From: Balanoglossus misakiensis
Taxonomy: Eukaryota; Animalia; Hemichordata
NCBI GenBank assembly: GCA_040954595.2
Contig: CM082593.2
Span: 1,746,901-1,810,900, forward strand
Length of the DNA: 64,000 bases
Direction of reading: 5' to 3'
The notes beneath the pieces were generated by a model, which was not told where the DNA came from, did no database searches, and was given only the letters and a program-made list of their open reading frames with translations. The position numbers and the translations under genes were made by a program. Shown in pieces: positions 13,650 through 26,234 of this stretch (position 1 is its first letter; the number at the start of each line of letters is the position of its first letter).

Positions 13650-15698
13650 GTTAGGGGACCAAGCGCCCTCAGGCGCTTGGTCCCCTTCTGTTATTGCTGG
13701 AGTTTTTCTTCTTTCTTCTTGAGTCGTTTTTTTGCGCCCGTTTTTCTCTGAAATTCCGGCAGCTGCGCCTACCAATTTTTGCACGGTGGTTTGGGCCCAT
13801 GAGTACTAGTGCACCTGCCCTTTGAATTTGTAATTAGTCACGTGACTTTGTGTCTGTAATCGAGCGAAATTTTCAAATTGACCTAATGTGCACGTTAATG
13901 GGGGCATGTACATTCTTTTCGCGATTTTTGTAGACTATGTGGCCAAAATCGCCTGTGCCAAATTTCAAGGTCGTAGGCCAAGTCGATTTTGAGAAGAAGA
14001 TTTTTGTAATATTTTTCGCATTTTTTGGTGGGCTGAGGACGAACACTTGGGTATCGGACTTTCACTGTCATTACGTAATCCTGCGGAGGTCTCATTAGCA
14101 GGGTACACACTTCGTTGGAAAATCGGCTGAAATACGTAAACAGACCAGTGATTATTTTCCACGGAATGAATTTTGGGACAACACATTATCAGAGTTCAGT
14201 CTGTGTTAGGGCGTTTTATTGAAGTACAATGAGTTTGTTAGCTGTTGCCGTTCAAATGTTTCTATCCAGACCCGGCTACACTGGTTAACATTGCGGCAGT
14301 GGACTTTGACCCTCAGTCGCTAATGGGCGAGTCAGGTTTCATTAGCATGGTAGTCACATGTAGTGGGTATTAGTTCGGGAAATCGGCCGAATACGTAAGC
14401 AGACCAGTGATTTTCTTGCACGAAGGGAGTATGGTACCAGCAATAATCAGAGATCAGGCTTCGTTGCCGTTCAAAAGTTCCTACTTCAGTCAAGACATTG
14501 CAACTGGATGTTCAGTATGGGGGTCGGCTCGCAGGTGGCCGTGGGGGTTATCAGGTCGCCCGTAATGGCACGTAGGTTCATGCAGCTGTATGGGACCAAA
14601 ATAATACGCCCGTTTCGGGGGTCACCTGCGTAACTCAATTATGTGCATGCGTAATTGTGGGGTCAATGAAAGGGATGCTAGCGTGATTTTTGTTGCACAT
14701 GGATCAATATGAAGTCCGATTTTCCTGTCAAGTTGTGGGCGACCTTATGTGACATTTCACCTGCTTTTGCTTAGTGAATAAAAGCAGATGCATGCAGGTT
14801 TGGAGTGGGGGGATATACGGATAGGACCATAATGGTATACCAAAGGCGGGGTCACCTGTTGCACCTGCCAAAGTCATTGATTTTGTACATTTAATTTTAC
14901 ACTAACCAACGGGGCGATATGTGTGGTTTTTGTTCCACAGGGACGAATGTGTGTCAGTTGATTTTTGCCCAAACGTATAAGGTGATTTGGATGACCTCTG
15001 TCGTACAGTGCCACATCTCAGCCCGTTGTACAAGTGCAGCTTTGGTATTTGGAGGGATGAAATTATCATGAAATGCCAAATACAAGGGGATACCTGTGAC
15101 ACCTGCTTGATTCATGTATTACATGTATACCTAATGGTAGGCAAAGTGGAAGGGCTGCAGATGCATGATTTGTTGCACATGACATAAACAGGAATGACAA
15201 TTTATTGTCAAATTTTTGGGTGACGTCAGGTGTCCATTGACCTGCTTTCCATATGTTAGCATGCACATCATATATAGCCAGGTGTTTGGAGGGGTAGGGT
15301 AGGACCCTCTGTGTCATGAAATGCTAAATTCCTGGGGCCACCTGTAACTTACTTGCGCAACTCATTATTATGGCCATATCTACTTTGACAAACCCAAAGG
15401 GCGGGGATTTTCCGTTGTCTTGAATATGAACCAAAAGAGAATCCTAATTTTTGTCCCAATTTTGGGTACCTCAGCTGACCTTTGATGTACTTACTGAAGT
15501 ACTTACAACGTAGAAGTTCACCTTTGGTTGTTGTGTTTGTACTTGTAGGACATGCATTTCGGGTGGTTGCCTACTTCCCAATATCTCAACATCGAGAGCA
15601 AATACAGCCTACGCATTTGAATTGTACAACACTGAATGGAGTCTAATGGTTATTCACACTATGCTTGGGCCCCTTCAACGCTGCTTGCAGCTTTAATT
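13650..15698 (+). mobile_element. Non-autonomous Helentron/Helitron2-type element (HINE-like), ~2.05 kb
   Basis: 5' perfect 15-bp hairpin AGGGGACCAAGCGCC-ctca-GGCGCTTGGTCCCCT (13653-13686). 3' subterminal inverted copy GCTTGGGCCCCT (15663-15674, 11/12 match), then stem-loop GCTGC-tt-GCAGC (15680-15691) and TTTAATT. Interior is more GC-rich than the flanks and has no transposase ORF. Confidence 0.8.
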
Positions 15699-17303
15699 CG
15701 ATATTGTTTTTTGTTCAAGCTGAGAGGCAGATGGGGAGGGTGTTGATAGCAGACAACCTGTGTCATACTTTGTATTGGTTATATCAGGCTTGTCGTTGCC
15801 AACACAATAACTGACCACATGTACAGCAAAGTAACAGTTACAAAAGGGTTATATCTGAACTCAAAGTTAAAGTAGATTTATTCGTGATGGTACATTGCCT
15901 GTCCATCCATTCTAGGTGTGGATTTTCAAGTAAAAGAATCACTTTTTTACTAGTCGATTAGAGCACTGTCTTATTAACAGTCGATTACCTGCAGGGGCTT
16001 TTGTGACCGACCTTGATTTGACAATTACCCTTCTCATGAGTTTGATTTAGAAACTATCATGACGCATGTCTCTATGGCAACGAAAAGTTCACGTCATGGT
16101 ACCTGTATTTCCTGCCGCCATTGCCATTTTCAAGGTGCTACTTTTTTGTCAGTTGTCCCTTTTGTGTGTTGGATATTTCTTGGCGTTTTTTTCTTTCTTC
16201 GACGTGGCGGTATACTGTCAGTTTCAATTCTGCATTTATGGTTGACCCTGTCAACTCACTTGTCTGTGTGTCTGTCTGTCTCCCCTCTCTCTGCTTGGTT
16301 AAATGACTATGTCTATAAATACAATGTATTAACCAGACTACAGCTTGTACAAACAGAAACATTTTCATCCAAAATAAACAACTTGGTTCAGGTGATCTAA
16401 ATGGTGTAATTAATTTTAACGAAACATTTCAACAAACACATATGTGCCCAAACCCTCCCCAGAGATGGATTAATCAAACTCCAAACGAAGTTTGCTTACA
16501 CGTATGATTCTATGCATGAAATATAAAACCCTGGATAATTTTTTACAGTATGCCCTGAGTAGATGGCTTACTGAACCAATACCTAAAACAGGCATAAATA
16601 TTTGAACAAATCAAATGGCACCAAAGTCATTATCCTGCTGTTCTGAGTTGGTTGGTAGCGATGTTCCATTCACAATATTTCCCCATCTATAAATATTGAA
16701 ATTCAACAAATATCAATAAAATTATAAGCACCGTTTTCTAGATTCTTGCATGTCCTGCAAGCTTGCTAAACACCTTATGATTTACAGCACTATAATAAAA
16801 TACAAAATTATATGTAACTAGAGTTTTGAACCAGGTCAGCTTATCGTAAAACTAGTGACTTGAAATTTAATTTCATTATGGCACTAACGACCAATTTTGG
16901 TGCTTCCTCTGTGTTATATAATTATGGATTTCGATTTGATTTGAAAGAAGCCATGTAGAGAGTATAATATTAAATCCAAGTAGCATATGATATATGAGCA
17001 CATTCTAATTGAAAATTGATGCTTAATACGTGGAAATAATCTTGTTCAACTGTCTTTTTTGTTGTTTCACCACGCTAGATATTCAGAAGGTGGAGGAACG
17101 CTTTTCAGGTTCTGTGATAAGTCTGTAGTTGGCGTTTGAATTGGGGTTATGGCAATCTCGATAAGCACACAGCAAATTATACAGTAACGTGTGTTATTTG
17201 TTTGTGTCGAGTAGTTTGCCAGCAGTTACCGATGTTGAAGGACCCTTGAGGTTGGAGCGAGTCGACTGAAGAGTGTGCAGATGTCGCAGCTCCTGGCTAG
17301 GTG

Positions 17304-17455
17304 ATTGGCTCGAAAAGCGCACGCCCGCTGGCATGTCTCAGTCAAAATCTCACTGTATTGTACGCGTTATCACGAAGCAGAATGCACCTTACATTGTTAT
17401 GTCTCTGCGCCCTTTGATGCCCCAAAAGAGTTTGTCATGTTATCTCGAGGTAAGG
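17304..17455 (+). promoter_or_regulatory. Candidate distal promoter plus non-coding first exon, possibly of gene A
   Basis: Local CpG-rich patch with reverse CCAAT (ATTGG 17304), GC/KLF-like box CACGCCC (17320), Inr-like TCAGTC (17338) and a donor GAG|gtaagg at 17449/17450. Motif-based only. Confidence 0.35.
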
Positions 17456-20400
17456 CCAGATTTAAATTAACGACAATAATATACTTACAATAGTGACCAG
17501 CAAGGCATTATTTTCATCAAATTCATAATCGCGAGTATACCAGTTCATTCCTTTGATAATTGTCTCAGCAACGGCAAGAAATGAACGTTCATGAGTGGTC
17601 AAGGTGATGAAATATTTTCGTAACAATAGATAATGAGGCTGTTTTTTTCTTTTGCAAGAATAAAAATACCACTGAACATCTTCAGACGTTTGGAGAATAG
17701 CTAGACTATCGAATTAAAAAAACGTTGATGACTTACAAGTGAAGTACGTGGATCGTGTTGATCATCGTAAAGAAATATATTCATCAATGACTCGGTGGCC
17801 TTGAGGGTGATAAATACATAACAGAAAAAACTACACTCAAGAATGAAGTATGCGAAATTGGGGAGTTTAACTGCATTTTCTGAACAGGGAATAGCCAGTT
17901 GTCAGGCAATGCCCCAAACACTCAATGAAATCTTCGATTGGTAGCACAGCTGACAGCTCTCAGCTTAATTTAGATTGTTCACACGTCCCCCGAATTATTT
18001 TTACCCAATTATGAGGGAGTTGCGAGCTGCGTGAGTTTGCTACAACTGGCATGTTCCCATTTACTGAACTGTACAGAGAGGTGTAAATTGAACTTATAAT
18101 TGTTAGCGTGTCTAAATAACCGGCAAAAGGAAAATAAGTGGTAATGTTCGCAAGTGGTGTTACAATCCATTAATTTTGCGTGCTTGTTTCTACTGTAATT
18201 GCTGTCACTGTTCCCTTAATAGGAAACTGCCAGTCCTATTGGCAGCCATTCCTCTCAACAACTGGGCTCTGTGGCCTAAGTATGTAACAAGTTATGTGAT
18301 ACAAATTGTCAAGTTTAAATTAAAATTAAGATTTGACCACAGTTTGAACCATTCTGAAAAAAATGAGTGATCGTATTCAAATAGCTATATTCGCTTGATT
18401 GAATTTTACGTACAGCAAGTTTATTTCTACTTCGAGTTACACTTAAATGTAGCGTATATTATAAATGGAATCGGTTAACACTTTGGTACCTTGTGACAGT
18501 TTGATGCACTTGCACCTGTGAAATAAATGCTGTCAAACCCTGCCTTATGCTGTTTTCCCATAAACACAGAATTTCAACGCATTGGCAAATTGACTTGGCA
18601 CGGTTCTTGAGGATAGCTTTGCCAGTAGTTCTTTTCCAGGTGTTTCCATAGCAACATAAGCGCACGCGCATTAGGTGTTGAATCTCCATAGGAGAAAACA
18701 CTTATAAGTTACAGAGCGCTTTCCAAGTGAACGTGCACTGATGAGCAATAGGAGCAATTGATTTTAAACCAACATTTGTAGGGGAGTGTTGTATTGATAT
18801 CTGAATGTGGTGAAGTGTATGCTACCCCTTTATACAAATAAAGCCATCTACTATGAAAGTGAACCACTATATAAGGGTAACATGTTCTCTCCTCAGTATT
18901 ATATTGTAATTACCATTTTGTGTTCTAAGACAAGGGATACATCTATATCAATGGGCAGTAGCGATGAAAATGGAGTTCACATGTTTGACCTGTGGCTCTC
19001 AGTTTACGTGCTTGTGTGTAGCCAGTTGGTTCCAGTTACATTAATCGAATCACAGGTACGGGTCGCCTTAATAATCGCATTAGCTATACCTGATACCTTA
19101 ACATGTGCGCCAAGATTCTGCAGTGTTGAGTGCGCCCTCATCTAACAAGCACAAAGTCATGCGCGCACACAAACTTGCAAATACTCCTAAAACTGTGTTC
19201 CACATAGCCTTGGGGGACAATACTTATGCCCACCATCAGTTCTGCAAACCCAAGGTCGACTTGTATGGGATTCAAAACCAGAGTTACGTATGGATTACAC
19301 AGCACAGAAAATAAATGGGGCTGTAGAATGAAAAATAACATTACATCTGTACCATCTACTCGTCCTTGTTTTGGCTCAACTTAAATGTTGCTGTAGTTAA
19401 AAATAAACCACATCTACGTCAACCACGCGTCTACATGGAAGCACATTGCAAATTTTCTTGAAATGGCACGTAACAACATGTTGCTCAATGACAAACCAAC
19501 ACGTTGTAAACAAAGTGTTTGCCTTCAGCGATTATTACTCGTCACATGCTGAAGTTAGCGTAGATACGGCATGTATGAGTGTAACTATCGTTAAACCTCT
19601 TCAAGGAATGTGACCTTCTAATACTTTCGTGTCTGTGACTGAATAGAAAATAATAGTACATCCACATAATCTACCCTAATAGGTTACACCTACAGGGTAC
19701 ATATTTCAAGGTATTTTTCCACGATTACGTCAGCGAGAAAGTCATGACGTGTATACGTTGTATTATTCAAAACATTAAGGTAACCTTTGATAGGACTGGA
19801 ACGTAGAGGATTGGTGATGTCCAAAATGAATGATTTTAATTTTAATGACAGGAATTTGTTTAGGCATTGATATAAGAATCCCTTATACTTGTTGTATGGA
19901 ATGTAAGAAAAGCTTACATTTCACTGGCCACTACATTATGACATATCCATCCATCTGCACTGTACATACAATGCTACATGTATTTCCAAACACTGAATAA
20001 ACCAACTTGTATAAAATTTCAAAGTTGATGCTTAGACTTGGATAAATAGGTCCTCCAGCAGTGTGCGAATGCTTGTGGGTAATTACCAGGCTTTGTTTAA
20101 TTCATTTAAACAAATGGCGTCTCCAATCTCAGGCAAACAGGCATTGCTTATTAAATATATTATATCACACTACGTTGCTCGTGGGAAGTCTAGGCTGTAT
20201 CCCATTGGCATGTGTTGGGTCACCTGTTCAGCATAATAGCAAGAACGACTGGATGTTCCACATCAGTGCTATTAATGTCCGTGGGTGAAAAGTATTATCA
20301 CTGTGTTTTGCACATATAGTCGTGGGTTTACATTTAACAGTATTAGAGCTTTATCTACCTTCAAATCGTATCCCATCCTCAATCAATCATTGATATTTTC

Positions 20401-23112
20401 ATCAATTTCTTCTTAGATTGTTCACAGCAAAGCCATGGTTAATTGAACTCCTCTTGCCCGCTTTGTAGGCACCGCTCATTTCCTTCTGTCTACAATTCTC
20501 TGAAGTAAAACAACTTAGTTACAGCCCTTCAAAATTTCATTACCGTAATAGCTGGCCAGGATTCATAATTGACGATAAAAGGGGAAACGAGATCTGTGCT
20601 GTATGGTGGACCTAATCTTATTTGTAGGTGTCGAATCAAAACCAATTTTCTCGCTGGACAGTTACTCTCCATTTGTTACTCCTTTGGGTGGCGTTTCCTT
20701 TGAGTGTCCCATCACTTTCCAATTTGTCGTCATAAAATGTTTGTTTTGTGCAATGTAGAAGTGTATTTCAACGGCCTTATGGGCATGAAAACAACTTAAG
20801 CGAATACCGCCCACTTGCTTTACTGATGGAATATGCTATTTATATCTAATGGTTTGGATGTTCACCTCAAGAAAAAAAAATTGTAAATATATTGTTTGCC
20901 GTGTTGACAGGTTTCCACGTAAGAACAACACCTACTAAAACGTTCCATTTCAAAGTACATGTATGTTGATGAGATGTATTACAGTCCTCCTAAAAGGGAA
21001 AAGGGGTGGGTAATGTCATTGGCTTCAAAAGGATTGTTCATTGTGAGTGTGAGCAATGTTTTCCTCAATTCAAACGCGGCAGAATTGGCACATCTAACAC
21101 GATTTGCTGGCCGAAAATGAAGTTATCTACAGCTGTAGTGATGCCTGTTTGCAGTAGCCTGCGTTGATAAAGATACTGAGACGTCACATCCAGCTGCTTC
21201 CAATGCGACATCTAATCACTGCGGTGTCCAAGAGATATGTCCGCCAAAGGCCTTGAACAGTTGAAATTAACTACTCTTGTCATATTGGTTAGAGAGGTGG
21301 AATATTACAGGCCCCTAAAGACAACTGTCTATAGCCTGTTTAACATCCTGTTGGCTTGTATTTAAAATTGGGATTTACTGTTGGCAACAGTGATTGTCTG
21401 ATTATATGATTGAGTGCTCATGGTGTGTATAATTTTGTGGAAATGGAGAGTATTTCTATCGGCCAATTATAGATATTCACTTGCAGGCCACACATAAATT
21501 ATCTCCATATTCATTGGCTACCTGTGAACACATTTTCCCAAATATGATCATTGAACACTTGTGTACGACTTAAATAGGTGTGTTTGCATACACTACTGTA
21601 AAAACATGTGTCTGGTTTAACTTTTTACGCCATGTATTCCAAATATAACTTTACGCTAACCCTTAAATGTGTGATGGCGCACTGAATGTGAGATAGTGGA
21701 CAATCTGCTTTAACAGGAAATTCATCATGTGCATGCTGTTAGTGTAATTGATGGTAGTAGCAAAGGTTCACAAATGAGATTACTGCCTTACTGTGCTGAT
21801 TGATATTTTCCAAATGGAGAGAACTAAAAACTATCATTGTACGTACACTGCACATTTGTACGTAATTGTGTACATTCATCTTACTTACTTACAAATTGAT
21901 GATTTCATTTAATCGAGAGTGTTAATATGTGTTATTGTCTTGTGTATATATACATATGTCTCTACTTCGCTTAACCATTAAGACTGTTTCAGGCATTCCA
22001 TGGACGTGACATGTTAAATATGCTTGTTTAAGCAAAGTTCAATACTTGTTTCCCTCCAATGTCTCAATGGCGGCTGGTTGTCTGACTAGTTAGCCATCCG
22101 CCACCTGTCTTCAGCCGATGTTTTCAAAAAGTGACGTCAAGAGAAACGCCAAGTAGATTGAAAAGAGACGTCAAGGCAATATCCATTATCCTTCCTTTGG
22201 CTTGTCTTGCGGTGACCTTTTCTGTATCAAACTGAAAGTTTTCTGTTTTTCCTAAAATCTGCATCGATGTTCTTCATGCCGGTATCCCTTTCTATGTCAT
22301 CTCTCTCTCCCTACCAACCCCTCTCCCCTTGTTCCCCCCTCTCTCATAAGCAAAGGAATAATATTATCCTAAAATTTACAACATAACATAAAAATAAAAG
22401 CTTTCTATATTAGCTTGACAGGAATACACTTTAGCTCGATCTCTTTGAGAAAATATATTGGAATTGGTTCCTTCACACTTCATAGAGCGAATGAATTATG
22501 TAAACTGTCGTTGATTGGATTGACTGTCTTGGCATTCGTGCCAATTCACTAAGAGGATATTACTAATTTAATATCAATTTCAAGTCCGGTCGATAGGGCG
22601 TCTATAATCGTCGAATCTCCCCATTCGTTGTCCTCCAAACTGCACCATGGGTCGATTACGACTGTGCACACGTCACTCTGAATTATCCGGGCTATCACAC
22701 CTTAAGATTGGTTTCCCAGAAGCTGACATACTCTGTTGACTGGTCATCACAAAATAATCATTTTTCCCTTGTCTATTGGTATTTGTACATCGATCCAGTC
22801 ACAGATGGTTCGCCATTATGATGTAATGTTTTAGGGTCAGTTTTAATGGAACATTAGAGGATAATAATTCGATTTTCGAGTAATGCTTTCATAATCGTGT
22901 TTGAAGTCGAAGAGCATTGTATCTCCATAACAACCAAAACGACCTTGCAGTAAAACCAGATGATTAGCTGTACAGACCAAAATATCCTGACAGACTCAAA
23001 ATGCCATTAATCTGCTGAGAAAAATGTATGATGTACATACTTGGCACAAAGTATTCCCTTACAAAAACATTCTATAAACATAATAGAATTCTATAGCCTA
23101 GTGAATGTTTGA

Positions 23113-23125
23113 GGGGGGGGGGGGG
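23113..23125. repeat. G13 homopolymer
   Basis: Direct read. Confidence 0.9.
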
Positions 23126-25596
23126 CAGACATTGTGTTGTGTTTGTATTGTTACTGGTAAATCAAATGTCAATGCAACCTATTTCTCAGTAATCTCCGAA
23201 AGTCAGGAGAATATAGCATTTTGTGTCATTATCCCCCAGACATTTAGACTTCTTCGTTGCCATGCCATGCCGTAACATTTGCATGTCCCTAAGTTGCATT
23301 TAGATACCTGAAAAAGACAACACAGGAGAGAAAATTGTTTGCCAATACCTGGAAAAATCCTATGATCAGACATTATAAACCCCATGATATACACTGTTGA
23401 ATAATAGATAATTTTCTTTAGCGGTTATTCGAGATTTCAGTGACCGCTGCGAACTTCAAAGATCAAACCATTCCTATCAGGAATGCTCTGATAGTTTTAT
23501 CCGCTTTACAGAACTTGAAACATTTCCATGTGAAGCCTTGATAAATTGTCATATATATCACACCGATCTGGGCAGGGATAATCAAGAAAAAAGATAACGG
23601 TTTGGCAATTGCAGGCATGATGCTATCACTGCCATGCCACGGTAAACATCTCAATATGCCAGTAATATTGATGGCAATCATATACAAACACTCGCTTGTG
23701 TTTCCTAAGTGTAGAAACAGGTCTGTAGCTGTTTGTGTGATATTCCGCACATTGGTTTAAAGTCAAAAAGTGGGGAATTGTAACGAACCCCACTTACACC
23801 AGACTTTGGTTTTCCTGGGTTCCATTACCAAGCCATTGACTATATTTTAACACATATGGGCCTTAAAGCACGCACCTGCATACTTTCCACAAAATGGCAC
23901 CCTATTGTTAACTTGCTTCAAATATGATAGAGCTGGAGTGGACATATTCTTTTTCAAAAATCAATAGCAGTTATTTTAGTTTGTTCATGCAATACTTGAC
24001 TCTGCTTGGAAGAGTTTTGGAGTGTGGTGCTACACTGGAGTATGTGCGTGTGATATTGATGAATATCGATTAGTTTAATGGACAGCACTGCTCTGTGTCC
24101 ATATTGTTCTGCTGACTAAATCGCGACGAAATGTATTGAGAGATATAGGCTTTGTCGTGGAAAAGTATGAAGTCAGTAAGGCTCATTTTTCCCGCTGCAT
24201 TAGTGTCTCAAATTGTCACTCAAATGTGCATGATATGCAGGCATCAGGGATTATATTCTTCCTAGTTAGTGAGAACTGTGGCTGGGTCTTGTCTGTCCCC
24301 CTGTGTTTTATTTGACCACAATAATATGTCATGCAATCTTTCAATAATCAAATTTTGTTTGGATAGGATTAGGCTACCCATTAATGCAAACAGCATGGCG
24401 GATTAAATTATACTGCCAGCGCAAATTTCACATTAATTGTTTGTTTTCACCCCTAATGAGACGTGCAGTGCAAGGTCTTGTCTTGCGAACTTAAATTACG
24501 CCATTCCCCGATGTAGAATATAGTAAAATAACGTTTAAATAAAATAGGAAGTGGTAAAACTCAGCCCGCAAGATCATTACACTTTTCTCCCTTGGGGAAT
24601 GAAGATTTATTGAGGTTGGCAAAGGTGCAAGTTGACTGACTGTTTTATGCCAGCGTACAAATAATCAATTCTGCGGATCAGAGACGATTAAAGACATATT
24701 GAGCTCTTCAAATGAAAAAGTTTTAATCGCTTTTTATTTCTGTCTTCAGGATGAATCGATGAATGACAATCAACCAGGCAAATAGAATAATAAGAGACAG
24801 CACCGGGACAGACTATCCAGATGCCCTTGTAGTCGGAAATTATTACATGCAAGGCATCACTGCACAAGATACTGTGTAGCCTCGGGATTGAAACCGGTTG
24901 GTTGGACCAAATTGCCAAGATTTGTTTTAGTGTAATCTCTGTTGCGTGGAATGATGACTTAATGACAATGACAACGGCAGAAAAACTTTGTCATATTCAC
25001 CGTTACCCATCTTTCAGATTTTCACATTTAAGGAAGTCGGAATGCATTTAAAACACATCGGATACAGCGAAAATTAGAATATTATTGATTTTCAAAACTA
25101 ACATTTCTCTATCTTCTTGCAGTCCTTTGAGAAAAAAATTACATTAATATACTCTAGTTATATGCCTGCAGCTGTTTCTTCGGAGTATCAAAGCCAAATG
25201 ACCTCCAGTTAACAAAGATTTCCTTTCCGTACATGATTTTTACTATCAGCTACCTAGCTCTGTGCATTGTAGTCACCCTATTATCTGCGCGTGTACATCT
25301 CCGGTTCAACCTCGTTTCGCCAAGAAGTCTTACTGCGCATGTAATTCACACTACCCATTTGTCTGCCCTGCACCAGCGAGGGAAGGCTTGACAGGAACGA
25401 GGGATATTGCATCAGCGCTCGTTCTCGATCAAACAGTGCGGCAGCCGTTAAGAGCAGTAATTTTTTCGTAATTTGTGTTTGGCGTCAGTGCTGTGAGTAC
25501 AGAATACAGGGACTTCGTTGGACAGGGGTCACTGTTCGCGTGTTCAACTCTTGCTCCATCTGAAAGAATATACCAACACTGAAAGAGACCGCTAAA

Positions 25597-26234
25597 ATGG
25601 GAGCCACCGCTGTGCCTGTTGTTAGTTTTAATTTCAGCGCGTTCGACGTAGATACTGGGATGCCATACAATCGCACAAATTCCACTGGTATTGACTGTTC
25701 GTCGATGATGTTCACCCAGCCAGCCTTCGCGCAGTTCCTTTGGATTTTACTGTTCAGCGTCACGATTGTGATCGCCGCTGGTGGAAACATAATTGTTGTG
25801 TGGATCGTTTTGGCGCACAGGAGAATGCGAACGGTGACTAACTATTTTCTAGTGAATCTAGCTATTGCCGACACCTTGGTGGCAATGCTCAATGTACCTT
25901 TCAACGTCTCATTTTTGCTCAACAACATCTGGTACTTCGGCTTTGTGTACTGCAAAGTGGCTCGCTTTCTGGGCCAGTTAACTGTAATTGCCAGCGTGTT
26001 CACACTCTCTGCAATTGCCATTGATCGTTACATTGCCATCGTCCACCCCATGAGGCCAAGGATGTCGAAGTCGAAAGCCAAAACCATCATTGCCTTCGTG
26101 TGGATTACAGCTGTGATTATAGCCTTACCTCTGATGGTATACGCAGTGACACAATATTTCCCCTGTGGGGACGGGGAGAGAGTTGTGTGTGTATTGCTCT
26201 GGCCTGACGGTGTGTACAAGGAATATGAATTCTG
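25597..26234 (+). CDS. TACR: Gene A coding exon 1 (N-terminus, TM1-TM4, ECL2)
   Basis: Start context aaaATGg; 213-aa ORF with GPCR motifs; donor TG|gtgagt at 26234/26235, phase 2. Confidence 0.95.

Noticed and set aside
18642-18655. RFX X-box-like GTTTCCATAGCAAC (others near 16068 and 50523)
   Set aside because: Isolated and not tied to a defined transcript start; such words are common in repeats.
25485-26219. Antisense ORFs over gene A exon 1 (also 44601-45308 over gene B and 35311-35523)
   Set aside because: Shadows of real coding exons; no independent protein features.
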